Part shown: piece after piece, positions 25,901 through 39,699 of the stretch
Layout of the letters: each line of letters starts with the position of its first letter
How positions within the stretch are numbered: the stretch's first letter is position 1
Assembly (NCBI GenBank): GCA_030264375.1
Contig: JASCQW010000190.1
Span: 29,552,179-29,616,178 of the forward strand
Reading direction: 5' to 3'
DNA length: 64,000 nt
From: Carcharhinus longimanus
Taxonomy: Eukaryota
Position numbers and translations under genes: made by a program
Notes under the pieces: model-generated
What the model was told of the DNA's origin: nothing
Databases searched by the model: none
The model's input: only the letters and a program-made list of their open reading frames with translations

Positions 25901-28900
25901 ATCACCACAATAGATACTGTTGTAAGAGCAGATCACAGTAAGTTGATTTTAACCATTCAGGAGAAAATTCTTGTTTGTTGAAACCTAATAAAAATGGGGA
26001 GTTGATAGCCAGAAAGCTTCTTTTTATTGTATTTTCTAATGAAGTTTTAATGCATTTGCTACAATTGATTCAAAGGCTTTTAATGTGTATGCGTACACCA
26101 TTCCTGAGCAAAGCAATATATTTCAAATGACATTCTTAGAGAGCTGGGACTGTGTAGCCCACATAAATAATGTCAGGATATGGGCTGTAGCACTAAATGT
26201 ACAAAAGCAACATACATTTCTTTCAAGCATGTGGCTATATTAATAGCATTAAATAGATGATATTCCATTTATTACCCTGCACACGCTGGATTTTAAAGCT
26301 AGTGTATTAAGCATGAACCTGCTCAGCAGTCCTGCGGCTTCAGAATTCTCAGTCATTTCAAAACATTGCCAATAAATTAAGTCAAGGATGACCACAGCAC
26401 TATAGTAATTGGCATCCTTAGAAAATGTACTGTCTGACATTAACTCCTTATTAATTCCTTAACCCCTTGCCTTTGGTTAAGATTGCAATAAATGTATCTA
26501 AGTTGCTGTTGAGTAATATTGTGCAAGGACAAACATTTCTATTTAATAACACATTAAACCTAATCATTTTGTTCATTTTAATATTGCTGTGTAGAATTCT
26601 GAGAAAAGTAAAAGGCACTTAAAACTGAAATCTGACTATTAAAAGAATTTAGCTAAATATATGAGAAGCTTCTATACAGAATAAAAATGATCAAACACTA
26701 GTGTAATGCCTCATAAGTTAGAAGTCAAATGTTGAGCAATGTATCAATAGGTCTGAACCCAAATTGTATTTATTACAACAGTATAGTATTAGATATATTG
26801 TGGAATTCTGAAGTAAAAATTGAATATTTGCTTATCTAAATTCTTCTTTGTTAACTTTGATAGAAAACAAAATCAGGGTGTAAATTAGACTGCAGATTCA
26901 TTATCATGCTTCAGCCCCCCAGGTAACTTGACGTTTTGAAAAGTTCAATTTAGCGTCATATGGCCCGGGTGTTAAATTGCTTTATTATGTTAAAATTTTG
27001 TGGACATTTCATAATTTGCAGTGGATTAGAAAGGAATTCCCACGTTGCATGGGAGAAATAATATGAAGCAATTTCACCATATCCAGTCGCAGAGTGCACA
27101 GTGAGAAGTGCTACATGGTTGCTTGGATTAAAAGAGGAAGTACTTAACATCAAAAATGTATTGCCTTTGTGATATAATCCCATGATTTCAGACAGTTGGT
27201 TGGCAAAAAGAAACTGACACTGATAAGCTGTGATTACAGGATAGAAATCCTTCCTGGAAGACACTATTCTTGGGCAACATTGTCACTAAAAGTTAGCTTT
27301 TGGCTAGGACCATAGTTCTTATCTCAGACCAGTGCTCCTCTTGAAGGTGTCGTCCAGTGTCCTGCTGTGGGAAGTACAACATAACCACACGATGGCTTAT
27401 TTTGAGGTTTCTAGTCTGTAGAAGTAGCATTCCTTATTCTACACTCACACCCTTCTTATATTAATCAGCATGCTATCAAATATTCAAGTGGGTGTTTGAG
27501 AATATGAAGTAGATTCCAGTCCAGAAAAGTGCCATGGAAGTTTTTTAAACAGGGTTAGCTATTTCAGGAAGGTTAAAGTTATAATTCAGAACTGATTACT
27601 AACATTGCTGTTCAAATTTGAAAGCAAAAACAGTACTTTCACTTGAATTACTCAGCAGTACAGAAAGTTAGCATTTGTTGGGGAGAAAGAGGGGAGGAAA
27701 AGAGTTAGTAATCATTCCTATTTCTATCAAGCCAGATGTCCCGTTTAGACCAGATGTTTACTTTTAAGTTCCAGTAGTCATTCTTTCCATTCCAATCTGA
27801 AGCAGATTGTAGGATGGTGTTGCACTGGATATGGTCAGTGACAGGAGTTAGAGCATTCTTATGGAATGCTTATTTGCAGTGTTGTGGTGACCGCATTTGT
27901 CAGAGCATTAGTCAATTGGATTATGCACCAATCGATTGCAGGTCTCTGTGATTTCTCGAAGGCTACAATGTACTTGCCTCTCCTAGAATACTCACACATT
28001 TTCTCAAGTCACAAATCCATTCATCTCACAATGTCAAATTGTAATAATTAAGCATTATTGATCTTAAATTCAATTAACTGCATTAACACTTGACTAGATC
28101 GAGGTGATTGTAGGGGCTGGCCAGACAGAGCATGTGCCGATACTTAACTCAACAATGCCCACCCGGAACTGTTAAAGTTTATGCTGTAAACTACAACAGC
28201 ATGTGTGATTATTCCAGGCCCCAGACATTTCCCACCCAGCAAACGGAACCTACACCTGCATCTCATTATAATTTTCATTTTTTTAAAATTCCCACAGACA
28301 GAGAGCCTGATTCCAATAAAGGCCTAGTTCTGCAGTTAGCATTAATCAAAGTAATTGCCTGGTAAGAAGTTAAAAAAAAGAGGTTAATGTTAATAGCTAG
28401 ACTGAAGCAAATATTTCAGACTTTTGGTGGGGGATACCTGGTGAGTGTTTGTCTCTATTTGCAGATCTTTTGTTTCACTTCATTGGGAAATAGTGAGAAT
28501 GATGTCTGTGGACATTGGGACAGGAGGGGGCAAGGACAGAAGCTGACAGGCATGTAACATGGCACAGTCAGCCAGCCCCATCCCACCTCTGGACCATAAC
28601 TTGGGGGTGGGATGGTTACCTGCCCATGAGCAGCAGGTAACTAATTAAAGTAATGAAAGCCCAATTATTAGAGGTTAATTGGAATTTTCCAGTTGGCCTC
28701 TAGGCCCTTGCAGCAGGGCAGCTGCCTAGAGGTGGCCTCCTGGCTGCAGACTGGGTGGCAGGAAATGGGGACAGTGCTCCAGGCAGGCTTCGAGGATCTA
28801 CGTGACTATAGCTGCAGATGCAGGCTGCTCTGTGGCGAAGTTTCTGCTACACATTGTGGCCCGGCTGCTGGTGACAATTTTTGAATGCAATAGTTTGAGA

Positions 28901-29616
28901 AGTGCTGAGAGGAACCCTCAAGGTGAAGATGCCCTTTACTTACAAATGCAACCTACACCTCCCTCCGAGCTGGACGGTCATCTTTTGGCCTAATTGGATG
29001 GTGAGTGCACCCTCCCAATCTTTTAAGTGGCCAGTTCAAGTAAAATCACTGCAGGGTGACTGTTACCGACACAGTGCAGAGTTGAGATTCTCAATTGATC
29101 TCATGCCAAAACCCTTTGATGGGTTATACTCCCCAGACATTATTGTTTGAGCTGTATATGCTGGCATCCTTCTCTGGTCTATTTTCTCCCCCAGAGATTC
29201 TGCCTCATCCTTAAAGAAACCTTTGAATAAGCAGTTGTTGTGCGAGTGAAACTCAATTCAAACCCAACAATTTAGTGTTGACTTTGTGCCATGCCCATGG
29301 CATCTGGGAGGTTAATTCTTTGAATAATGAGACCTTCCTTAGCCCCAGGCAATCCTTTGACCTGCATCCAATGAGTCACAAATAGGACACTAACCTGAAA
29401 ACTAGAAAGAGGCACCCAGGAAAACAGGATAAATGTCCCAAATTAATCCCAGAAACATTTTCATCTAAAGCTCAGTTGACCTGATCCTGAAATGTTGAAC
29501 TTCCTGCACAATCCTTTTGTTTGGCAAATGTGTCTTGAAGCTTTATTGGATCAGTGTTCTCTGTTCAAGTCTTTGCTTGTGAGTGTGTAATGATATTAGT
29601 CTGTTAAAGAGACTGG

Positions 29617-31040
29617 TGTGGGAATTAAATGCTCACAGCCACTCAACAGCACCTTGAGTCAAAGCCACAAATTACAACATGGCACCATACTACAGCATAT
29701 ATTTAATAAATTTCATGCATGTTTTACGTTAGTACTGTAAATGTTGTTGTTCTCTCTGTAACACATTAAACTAACGGTGCCAGAAATGAAGTGCATCTTC
29801 AAGAGGAACAGAATTCTTAGTATTGCCATTGTAGAGAACCAGCACTTGTAATTGAGAAGGCTGCTGATTACAGATCCCTTTTACACCCTCAGAAGTATTT
29901 TGAGGCAGAGTGCTGTCTGAATTACTTAAAATCTGGAGTATTGGTTACATGCTGTAGAAAAATTAAAGATGCAACTTTTGCAAGAGTTTGCAGCAAAATA
30001 TCTATCAGATTAGAAGAATGTCTTGTCAGTCTCGAGTTGCCAGTAATACACACCTGAATATCATCCGACTGAAAATAAAAAATATTGTGTTCCTTTTCCT
30101 GTGTAGTTCAGATCATCAAGCTTTTACATAGGTTTACCTCTTGAAACGAACGTTGACAACAAGTTGGAAACAAGAAAGAAAGAGACGTGGAATGTGCTGT
30201 GCCTAAATTCTATGTTAGTGGGTTGAGATTGGAGACACTATTGATTTGAAATCCAATAAATGTTTTGAAGCATGAATTAAAAACTTTGAATGCTTTCTTT
30301 ACGGAAGGACAGTGTATTGCTCTACTTTTTTACTGAAATTTAAAATGAAATTAGAAACAGGATTGTTCATGCTGAGTAATATGGGAGAAAATAGAAAATG
30401 CCACGCATTGTTCAGATGGAGCTTTTTAAAATGGCCATCAATCTTCCTTTCCTTCGCTCTATAATGATGTCATCCAGGAAATGTCACAAACTCCATTCCT
30501 CCGGCCTAAATATCACCCAATATTTGATCAACATTCTTTGTAAGCACAATTTCATCCGCCAGTTCACCATCCTATCAGTTCACAACTTTAAAAGGACAAT
30601 AATATCCTACCAATATGTCATGCAACTTATGTGCGTTGTTAGGTTTGCAGCAAAACTGAATGACTAGATGATTATAGAATCTCTACAGTGCCATTTGGCT
30701 CATTGAGCCTGCACCAACAACAATCCCATCTAGGCCCTATCTACGTAACCCCACATGTTTACCTTGCTAATCCACCTGATACTAAGGGGCAATTTAGCAT
30801 GGCCAGTACACCTAACCCACACATCTTTGGACTTCCTCACTAAACAATGGCAATACTTGAAGATGTACTTCATTTCTGGCACCATTAATTTAATGTGTTA
30901 CACAGAGATCAATAAAATTGACAGTACCAACATAAAACATGCATGAAAATTATTAAATATATGCTGTAGTATGGTGCCATGTTGTAATTTGTGAATTTGA
31001 CTAAAAGTGCTGTTGAATGTCTGAGCATTTAATTTCTACA
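29617..31040. repeat. ~200-bp inverted repeat: arms 29617-29832 and 30844-31040
   Basis: cacaaattacaacatggcaccatactacagcatatatttaataa is mirrored by ttattaaatatatgctgtagtatggtgccatgttgtaatttgtg; similarity continues on both sides with substitutions and one 17-bp indel. Confidence 0.92.
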
Positions 31041-31230
31041 GTCCAAAGATGGCTGAATTGCCTCCTTATGTACTGTAGGGATTCCATGAAACTGGAGCAC
31101 CCGGAGGAAACCCACGTAGACAAGGGGAGAACGTGTAAACTCCACACAGAGAGTTACCCAAGGCCGGAACTGAACCCGGGTCCCTGGCACTGTGAGGCAG
31201 CAGTACTAACCATTGTGCTACCATACTGCC
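30674..31230 (-). mobile_element. HE1-like V-SINE interrupted by an inverted copy of local DNA
   Basis: SINE pieces at 30674-30832 and 31089-31230 are separated by non-SINE sequence (30844-31040) and an inverted SINE piece (31038-31088). Confidence 0.85.
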
Positions 31231-32034
31231 TCAATGGTTGATATCATACAACTATACATGACAGTGCTAAAATATTACATTATTTTTTTTCTATATAAAC
31301 TATAAGGTAATGGTGCAAAGGAGAATGTATCCAGTAACAATGAAGAGATTGTTTTCTGAAAGAAGTTCTCATCGTTTGTTCCAGTTCCTAGAAACTGAAG
31401 TGCCTCTTTTTAAATCAAATTCCGATTGAAATATAGTGAAGCGATATGCTGGAGCTGCAAGTTACAGCAATGCCGAGTGATGGCACACAGAGAGTTCACG
31501 GTTGTTACTGAGCTGCCAATTTCAGGGATATTGCTGTGGGGAGCTGCCACCAGAGGCTAGACACTTTCCCATAGGGACCATCTCGCCAGTTGAGGTGGAC
31601 TGGTTTTGGTAGAGGCCTGGACGCATGATGCCTTGCTGTTGAGACGTGATTGATGGGGATTGGGAAAAAAAAGGAGTGAGAGCAAAAAATCAAAACCAGG
31701 TAGACTGACAAGAAAAAGAAAAATTCACAACGACTTTTTAAGTTAGTTTCTGAGGAGGAATCATTCACGTGTACGCAAATGGGTCCATTTCTACGTAAAT
31801 ATGAAAGCAGCAGCCTCTTTGCATGCTGCTGAGTGTACTTCTAAAATGTCAGCTTCAAATAAAGATGTATTTGTAAACCCCCATAATAATCTGTGAAGAC
31901 ATAATGATATTATTTGTCCCTGCACATACTCCTTTAGTTAAAAGCATGGCAACCCTGTCTTCTAAGACATGCCGTTTCTAAAGAAATCATTTCAGCAGTG
32001 GATAAAAATTTATTTCTCTTTTTTATTCTGTATG

Positions 32035-32333
32035 CATGGTGGCACAGTGGCTAGCACTGCTGCCTCACAACGCCAGGGAGCTGGGTTCAATTCCTGACTT
32101 GGGTTACTATCTGTGCAAAGTCTGCACATTCTCCCCATGCCTGCATGGATTTCCTCCGGGTGCTCCAGTTTCCTCCCACTGTCCGAAAAACGTGCTGGTT
32201 AGGTGCATTGGCCATGCTAAATTCTCCCTCATAGTGCCCAAATATGCACCGGAGTGTGGTGACGAGGGGATTTTCACTGTGACTTAATTGCCTAATACTC
32301 GTAAGCCTACTTGCAACTAACAAATAAATTAAC
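32035..32333 (+). mobile_element. HE1-like V-SINE, alternative-tail subfamily (only sense-oriented copy seen)
   Basis: catggtggcacagtggctagcactgctgcctcacaacgccagggagctgggttcaattcc..tttcctccgggtgctccagtttcctcccac..gtaagcctacttg. Confidence 0.88.
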
Positions 32334-33236
32334 TAATATTTTGAAAGAAGGCTGGAAATATTTAGTAATCAAGAACAGTGTGTGTGTAATTTGAACTGTC
32401 AGCATTATTATGACTATCGGTAACGACGTGGACCACCAACAAGTTCAATTGTATTTTGTCAAAAGATAATTGGAAAATAAATAAATTTCACTCAACAGTG
32501 GAGCTACAACACATGTTCGATGAGTTAGCTAAGCCTGTCAGTGATGACAATCCCAGGTTTGATTCTCAGTCCGTGTTGAATTAGGTGACCTCAGCATTCA
32601 GTATGGAAGAATTAGCTCCAGCACACAAAACTGGCAAGAGTAAAGCACAGTTTTGGGTTCCCAATCCCATGATCCAGACATCTGTGGCAGAAAACTGTCT
32701 GCATGTTGGCCTTGGGTGAGGGTAGAATCATCTGCCTGCAGTCCAGAAGCCTGCCAGAACCCTGTGCAAGGTTCGTGCATGAAAAATTGCCACTTGGGCA
32801 ACCTACTGGAGGGTACCCAGCAACTGTGGCATTATACTCCAGCAGTCAGTGACTTCCAGAAAGAGAGTAGGGGAGAAAATTGCCAGGCAAAATTCAGAAA
32901 AGTACCAGATAAATTGATAAGAACATATGGTACCAAGAATTGATGTGAAAATAGGCTCACTAGATTCATGTGAAAGAGGAATTTTGTACCAGGCCTCTTC
33001 AATCACCAATAATAATCAGACCCTGAGTAGACAAGAAAGATTTTATGCAGCTTTTTGATCACATTATAGAGCTAGTTACATATTAAGGAGAGCCCAATCC
33101 ATTATATTGTTTGACTGCCAATTTGGGAGTGTTGGTTTGACATCAGGTGCCATTAAAGCAAATAAGCAAATGTTTCAACTTGTCCTGAACTGGACTGGAC
33201 TAAAGTGGTGGAAGCCTTGCATAATTGAATCCTGGC

Positions 33237-33685
33237 ATGATTTGATTTATTATTGTCACATGTATTAACATACAGTGAAAAGTATTGTTTCTTGCCCACT
33301 ATACAGACAGAACATACCGATCATAGAGAAGGAAACGAGAGAGTGCAGAATGTAGTGTTACAGTCATAGCTAGGGTGTAGAGAAAGATCAACTTAGTGTG
33401 AGATAGGTCCATTCAAAAGCAGGGAAGAAGCTGTTCTTGAGTCAGTTGGTACGTGACCTCAAACTTTTGTATTTTTTTCCCGACGGAAGAAGGCGGAAGG
33501 GAAAATGTCTGGGGTGCATGGGATCCTTACTTATGCTGGCTGCTTTTCCGAGGCAGCGGGAAGTATAGACAGAGTCAATGGCTGGTTTGCGTGATGGATT
33601 GGTCTACATTCACGACCTTTTGTAGTTCCTTGCGGTCTTGAGCAGAGCAGGAGCCGTACCAAGCTGTGATACAATCAGAAAGAAG
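33237..33685 (-). mobile_element. Rex1/Babar-like LINE 3' end
   Basis: tgatttgatttattattgtcacatgt..gggaagaagctgttcttgagtcagttggtacgtgacctc. Confidence 0.8.
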
Positions 33686-33689
33686 TTAT

Positions 33690-34915
33690 AATCCAGGTGG
33701 GATCGATAAAACACTTTGGAGTTTGTGTCCTGAGTAAGGGTCCTAACATCGACTCTGGGAGAGCTCCACTACAAACCTTCCACCAGACTGAAAAATATCC
33801 TTCAAGCACGACTTTCTGTCTCCTGTCACTCAGTCAATTCCATATCCAGCTTGCGACTATCGCTTTTATTCCATAACCTATACATTTTTCCACAGGTCTT
33901 TGTGCAGCACTTTATCAAATGTTATCCGAAAGTTCATGTGCATCACGCCAACAGCATTCACTTAATCTGTTACCTTTTCAAGCAGCTCCACAATTGAGTT
34001 CATCATGGTTTTTCATTGCCAGTCTCACTTCCCTCAGTATCCTTGGAAACATCCCATCCAGTCCTGATGCCTTATCTATTCTTAAGTGCAGACAGTCTAT
34101 TTTATACCTCATCCTTATCACTTTGCAACCTTTCAACTGTCTGAATTACCTTCTCTGTCATTATGATTTGCACAGCACCTTATTCCTTGCTGAGAACAGA
34201 TGCAAACTATTCATTTAATACCTCAACCGTCATAGAATCACTGAACTAATCATAGAATCCCTACAGTGCAGAAGGAGGTCATTCCATAAACCACTAATCC
34301 CCCTAACAGATCTTTGGACACGAAGGGGCAATTTAACTTGGTCAATGCACCTAACATGAACACCTATGGTCTGTGGGAGGAAATTGGAACACCCAGAGGA
34401 ACCCCATGCAGACATGGGGAGAATGTGCAAACTCCACACAAACAGTCACCCAAGGGGCAAATTGAATCTGGATCCCTGGCGCTGTGAGCCACCAGCCTCC
34501 ACATGTAAATTTTTTTTTTGCCTTCTAATTGTGGTCCTACTCTTTCTTCTCCCACCTTTTTACTATTTTGATGCCCGCAGAAGGCTTTTTGATTCCTCTT
34601 TATATTAGCTGCCAGTCTCTTTTCGTACTCCCTGTTTCCTTCTGTGATATGCCTTTTCACACCACCCTGAAGCTTGTTCTCAGTTGTGTTGTCCACCTGA
34701 CACCTATCATAAGCACGGTCTCTCTTCTTCATCTTGATCATTATCTCTTTCGTAACCTGGCGGTTTATTTGACTGTCTTCCCAATTTGCGTGACTATATC
34801 TTGACTGTGCCCAAGCTGCTGATTCTCTAAAGTTTGCCTGTTGTTCAGTTACCATTCTTCTGGCCCATTTTGATTCCACTTTATCAGACCCAGATCTATT
34901 CTTACCCGTTGAATT
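33690..34915 (-). mobile_element. CR1 LINE ORF2 remnants (linker and RT region)
   Basis: ORF 34364-34879 reads KMKKRDRAY..NREYEKRLAANIKRNQKAF..NSKKV..RVGP, typical of the CR1 ORF2 linker; 33690-34230 is more degraded. Confidence 0.7.
34250..34490 (-). mobile_element. HE1-like V-SINE, 5'-truncated, nested in a CR1 remnant
   Basis: catagaatccctacagtgcagaaggagg..ggaacacccagaggaacccc..gatccctggcgctgtgag. Confidence 0.8.
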
Positions 34916-35154
34916 TTGCCCACAAGTACGTTATGTGACGCTGTATCCTTGCAGAAGATGACGCCCAACGTGTGACAGAAAGCTGTGACTCGAGGAAGGT
35001 GAGCTCACCTGCATATCCTGCCTGCTGTGGAAGAGAATTGTTCGTCAGCATGTGTACGTCAGAATCCATTGCCACCCAGTCGCCTACCTTCAGCCTAAAA
35101 TTAAACCCTCTCTCTTTCATTATAGCTGTTCAGAGTGTTGGCGCACCAATGTCA

Positions 35155-35623
35155 CTTACTCATTCATGGGATGTGGGCATCGCTGGCTAGCCAGCATTTA
35201 TTGCCCATCCCTGGTTGTCCTTGGAGGCGAGTTGAGAGTTAACCACATTGCTGTGGCTCTGGACTCACGCGTAGACCAGACCAGGTAAGGACAGCAGATT
35301 TCACTGAAGGACAGTAGCGAACCAGGTGGACTTTTCCTACAATTGACAACAGTAAGGAGTCTCACAGCACCAGGTTAAAGTCCAACAAGGCTTATTTGGT
35401 AGCATGTGCTTTTGGAGCGCTGCTCCTTCATGAGGGGATCATCAGGAGATTCTTAATTCATCAGGTTTCATGATCATCAGTAGATTCTTAATTCCAGATA
35501 TTTTTGATATTGAATTCAAATTCCACCACCTGCTGTGGCGGGATTTGAACCCGGGTCCCTGGAACATTAACTGAGCTTCTGGATTAATAGTCAAGCGACA
35601 GATAATACCACTAGGCCATCGCC
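35155..35623 (-). mobile_element. tRNA-SINE family B with nested Penelope-like end at 35351-35436
   Basis: Same sequence as the 9556 copy; B-box reverse complement ggatttgaaccc; the insert matches one arm of the 1117-1295 palindrome. Confidence 0.82.
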
Positions 35624-36149
35624 TTCCCACCATCGCTGCACACCATCTCACCCAGAGATGCTGAAAATGTTGAGAAAACCATCATTAAAAGATTTGCATT
35701 CTTGATTAGCACCTTATCATGTCCTCATGATGTCCCAGAGTTGAATCAGGCATGTTCGTTAGGTGTGGGATTGTCATAACGCTCAGATCAATTTCAATTC
35801 CAAGGGAGCCACAACTAAAGTCAGACTTGTGAAACCTCCAAGAACCAGTGAAACAACAAATAAGCCAATGTTCAAATGGACAAGATTTTGCATCCTCTCA
35901 CATAGCAACGGCAGAATGATTTTGATGTCTTTGTCAACTAATATAAACGGTCCTCCTGAGAGTCTCCTTGGGTGAGTTGAGGAGACTGGTGAAAGCATCC
36001 CAATTTGGCCATTAGGGCCTGACAAAAATCAAAACTCTAAAGCCTATGCTTGTGATCATTTGGCTTATTTTGTGAATCCGGTATAGTTAAATCTAAAAGT
36101 TTCAATCGTTAATATTAAATAAGGAATTAGGTTCACAACATGACGGACT

Positions 36150-37350
36150 TCATTCACTGAACTGGTGGTGGTGACGATCTGGAACGCGTTGCTGGGGAGG
36201 GAGGTGGAAGCGAGATGCCTCACATCCTTTAAAAAGCACTTGGCACATTATAACACTCAAGGTTATGGGTCAAGTGCTGGCAAGTGGGATTGGGTGGGCA
36301 GGTCAGGGCCTTTCATACTTTGGTGCAAACTCAATGGGCCGAAAGGCCTCTCCTGTATTCTGTGAACTTTCTAGAAAGATTTCTAAACTTAGTCATAGAA
36401 TGGTTATGTCTTGAGTAGATCCTTTCTATCTTTACACTGTAGGCATGTTACTTAATTGGAAGACAGGCTGCAGTCTTCTTAACACTTGTGTATTAACACT
36501 CCAGCAAAACAGGTTACAGAGAAGGCATGTAGCTCTGAGGCATGATCCTGACCTGTCTCTATCTGGAGAGCATCCAACATAGCAACCACTGATGTCAGTG
36601 GTACATCATCATCAATGACGTACATTAGCATATCCCAACAGACTCATTCTGATGGAAACGTAGAACATTTGAACAGGGCTGGACAGGCTAGATGCAGGAA
36701 GGATGTTTTCCCTGGTTGGGGGAATCTCGAACCAGGAGGCACAGTCTCAGACTACGGGGTAGAACACTTAGGACTGAGATGGGGACAAGTTTCTTCAATC
36801 GAAAGACAGTGAACATCTTTTTATTCATTCGTGGGACATTGGCATCACTGGCTGGCTAGCATTTATTGCCCATCCCTAGTTACCCTTGTTGGGAGTCAAC
36901 CACACTGCTGTGGCTCTGGACTCACATATGGGCCAGGCCAGGTAAGGACAGCAGATTTCCTTCCTTAAAGGACATTAGTGAACGAGGTGATTTTCTCCGA
37001 CAATCCACAATGGTTTCATGGTCATCAGTAGATTCCAGATATTTTTTATTGAATTCACAGTTCACCAGCTGCCGTGGCGGGATTCGAATCCGGGTCCCCA
37101 GAAGATTAGCTGAGTTTCTGGATTAACAGTCTCGCGATAATATCACTAGGCCATCTGCTCCATTCTGGAATTCTTTACCACAGAAGGATGTGGAAGACAA
37201 GCATTAAATTCAAAAAAGAGATAGATAATTGTTTAGGCTTTAATGGTATCAAGGGCTACATGGAGGGAGTGGGAATATGGCACTGAGATAGGAGATCATC
37301 TTGAATGGCAAAGCAGGCTCAAAGGGCCAAATGACCTCCTCCTGCTCCTA
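36150..37350 (+). mobile_element. Two CR1 3' tails (36150-36365; 36665-37350, split by a SINE)
   Basis: VVTIWNAL..VEA..LTSFKK; tails atgggccgaaaggcctc and gcaggctcaaagggccaaatgacctcctcctgctcct. Confidence 0.72.
36817..37156 (-). mobile_element. tRNA-SINE family B inserted into a CR1 3' end
   Basis: gggattcgaatccgggtcccc B-box; CR1 sequence on both sides (36665-36815 and 37163-37350). Confidence 0.83.
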
Positions 37351-37437
37351 GTTTCTAAGTTTGATTCCTTGCTTAACATTACATTTCAATCTTACCCCTG
37401 TAATAATTCTCCATCTTAGACCATTAGTGAGACTAAT

Positions 37438-37807
37438 CATATAATCCCTACAGTGCAGAAGGAGGCCATTCAGCCCATCGATTCTGCACCACATTCCCAC
37501 CCAGGCCCTATCCTCAAAAGCCCACATATTTACCCTGCTAATCCCACTGGCACTAAGAAACAATTTGGCACGGCCAATCCAGCTAACCTGCACACCTTGG
37601 GACACTAAGGGACAATTTAACATGGCCAATGCAGCTTGCTCACGCATCTTTGGAGTGTGGGAAGAAACCGGAGCACATGGAGGGAACCCACGCAGACGCA
37701 GGGAGAATGTGCAAACTTCACACAGGCAGTGACGGAAGGCCAGAATTAAACCCGGGTGCTTGGCGCTGTGAGGCAGAAGTGCTAACCACTGTGCCACCGT
37801 GCCACCC
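37438..37807 (-). mobile_element. HE1-like V-SINE with CR1-type tail
   Basis: taatccctacagtgcagaaggaggccattcagccc..gtgctaaccactgtgccaccgtgccaccc. Confidence 0.88.
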
Positions 37808-38439
37808 AATGTTTCTCCTATTGATGAATAATGAGACAAAAGTCTTCTTTGATATGAAGTAAATTTGATGCTTCGACGAGACAGATATAAAAAGACCAGT
37901 TGTTGCTATAGGTACCCTCATCATTTACAGAAGCTACTATCTAGTCAATTTATCACTTGGACATCTACAAGAGCCTTGGTTTGGCACAATTACATCAGAT
38001 TGATCTGTAAGAGTTAAATAACCTTCCTCCTTCAGCTGGAACCTCGAACTTGAGCTTCACATTTATCTAGGTCAGAGTGTTTTCTCCCAGTTTCTCAAAA
38101 GTTATTTATAATTTTTTTGCATCGCTTCAGGCCAATCAAAAATGTCATTTTATGGGTGCACATTTATTGCTGCACTGAGAGCCACTTTGAAAAGGCGCTC
38201 ACAAACAAATTGTGCCCAGTTTCCATGGCAATGCTCAGGTCTCAGTGTTCAACGATGGGTACCAGCTGGGGCCATCAGCCATGTTGTAAAACAAGCCATA
38301 GCAACAAGACTCAGCAAGTGCTGCTTCAGGGTTAGAAAGGGTCCAATTGTATCATTCACACATATTCTCTCTCGCAGTTGCACTGCTGACTTTAAACCTT
38401 CCGTTGGGCTGATTTGAATTAAATGGGAGTGTTTTAAGT

Positions 38440-38706
38440 TTTATTTATTAGCGTCAAAAGTAGACGGCAATGGAGTTACTGTGAAAATCCCCTAGTCGCC
38501 ACACTCCCATGAGGGAGAATTTAGCATGGCCAATGCATCTAACTAGCACATCTTTGGACTGTGGGAGGAAACCGGAGCACCTGGAAGAAACCCACACAGA
38601 CACAGGGAGAATGTGCACACTCCACATAGACAGTCACTTGCGATTGAATCCTTGGCCCCTGGCGCCATGAGGCAGCATTGATAACCACTGCGTCACCCTA
38701 CTGCCC
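38440..38706 (-). mobile_element. HE1-like V-SINE, alternative-tail subfamily
   Basis: gttactgtgaaaatcccctagtcgccac..ggactgtgggaggaaaccggagcacctggaagaaaccc. Confidence 0.85.
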
Positions 38707-39209
38707 CATTGGATGTTACACGAGCAAAGAATTGGTTTGGGGGAGTGGTGGGAGATGGTTTTGGGTGAATCGGGCACCAGGGCTAAAGCGGGAATCATGC
38801 CAGTTAGCTACACATTCCAACCCCCAGTGGGAATTCCACCGGACCAGGCTTCATTGCAGGTCCTGATAGTCATGGATCTGGCAACTTGGACTTCCAGGGT
38901 GTGGAGGGGGAGGACCTGCCCCTGTGTCCATATGCCCATCTGCCACTGCCAGGCTACAGAGAACAAAGAACAAAGTATAGTAGAGAAAGAGGCCCTTCGG
39001 CCCTCCAAGCCTGTGCCAATCATGATGGCCTAACTAGAAGGAGGGTCCCCAAGGGACCTCGGCATTGGGTGGGCTTACGTGGAGGCAGAAGGTTTTGACG
39101 TCAGGACTCTCCCCAGGATACGGGTTTTCATGGCTGAATTGCCTCTTCCAACCCTGCTAAAGGTGGTGATCATTCTTAGCATGATTTGCTCAAGTAGCTT
39201 TCAGTTCCT

Positions 39210-39420
39210 TAGCTTGGCTAGCTCAGTTGGCTGGGTGGCTAGCTTGTGATGCAGAGCAATGCCAACAGCGTGGGTTCAATCCCCATACCAGCTGAGGTTA
39301 TTCATGAAGGTCCCATCTTCTCTACCTAGCCCCTTGCCTGAGGTGTGGTTAAATTACCACCAATTAGCTCTCTTTCAAAGAGGAGAGCAACCTATGGTTC
39401 ACTGGGACCATGGTGACATT
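39210..39420 (+). mobile_element. Third tRNA-derived SINE
   Basis: A-box tagctcagttgg and B-box gggttcaatccc followed by a non-tRNA body. Confidence 0.65.
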
Positions 39421-39699
39421 GGACATTCAAGGCAACATTTTACCTATATCCTAAAAAACAGACTTTTTAACAATGGAAAGGGCATCTGCGTTCTGTAGCT
39501 AGCAATCATTCTAATTTAAAATTTCATAGCTCCTTGAAAGTGGAGTCACAGGTGGACAGAGTGGTGAAGAAGGCATTCGGCATGCTTGGTTTCATTGGTN
39601 NNNNNNNNNNNNNNNNNNNNNNNNNNNNNNNNNNNNNNNNNNNNNNNNNNNNNNNNNNNNNNNNNNNNNNNNNNNNNNNNNNNNNNNNNNNNNNNNNNN

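Noticed and set aside
28500-29130. GC-richer block (similar blocks at 38720-39160 and 43320-43440)
   Set aside because: Probably decayed non-autonomous DNA elements, but I could not define termini or family.
32035-32110. tRNA-like A/B boxes (also at 39210 and 42945)
   Set aside because: These are SINE heads continuing into SINE bodies, not tRNA genes.
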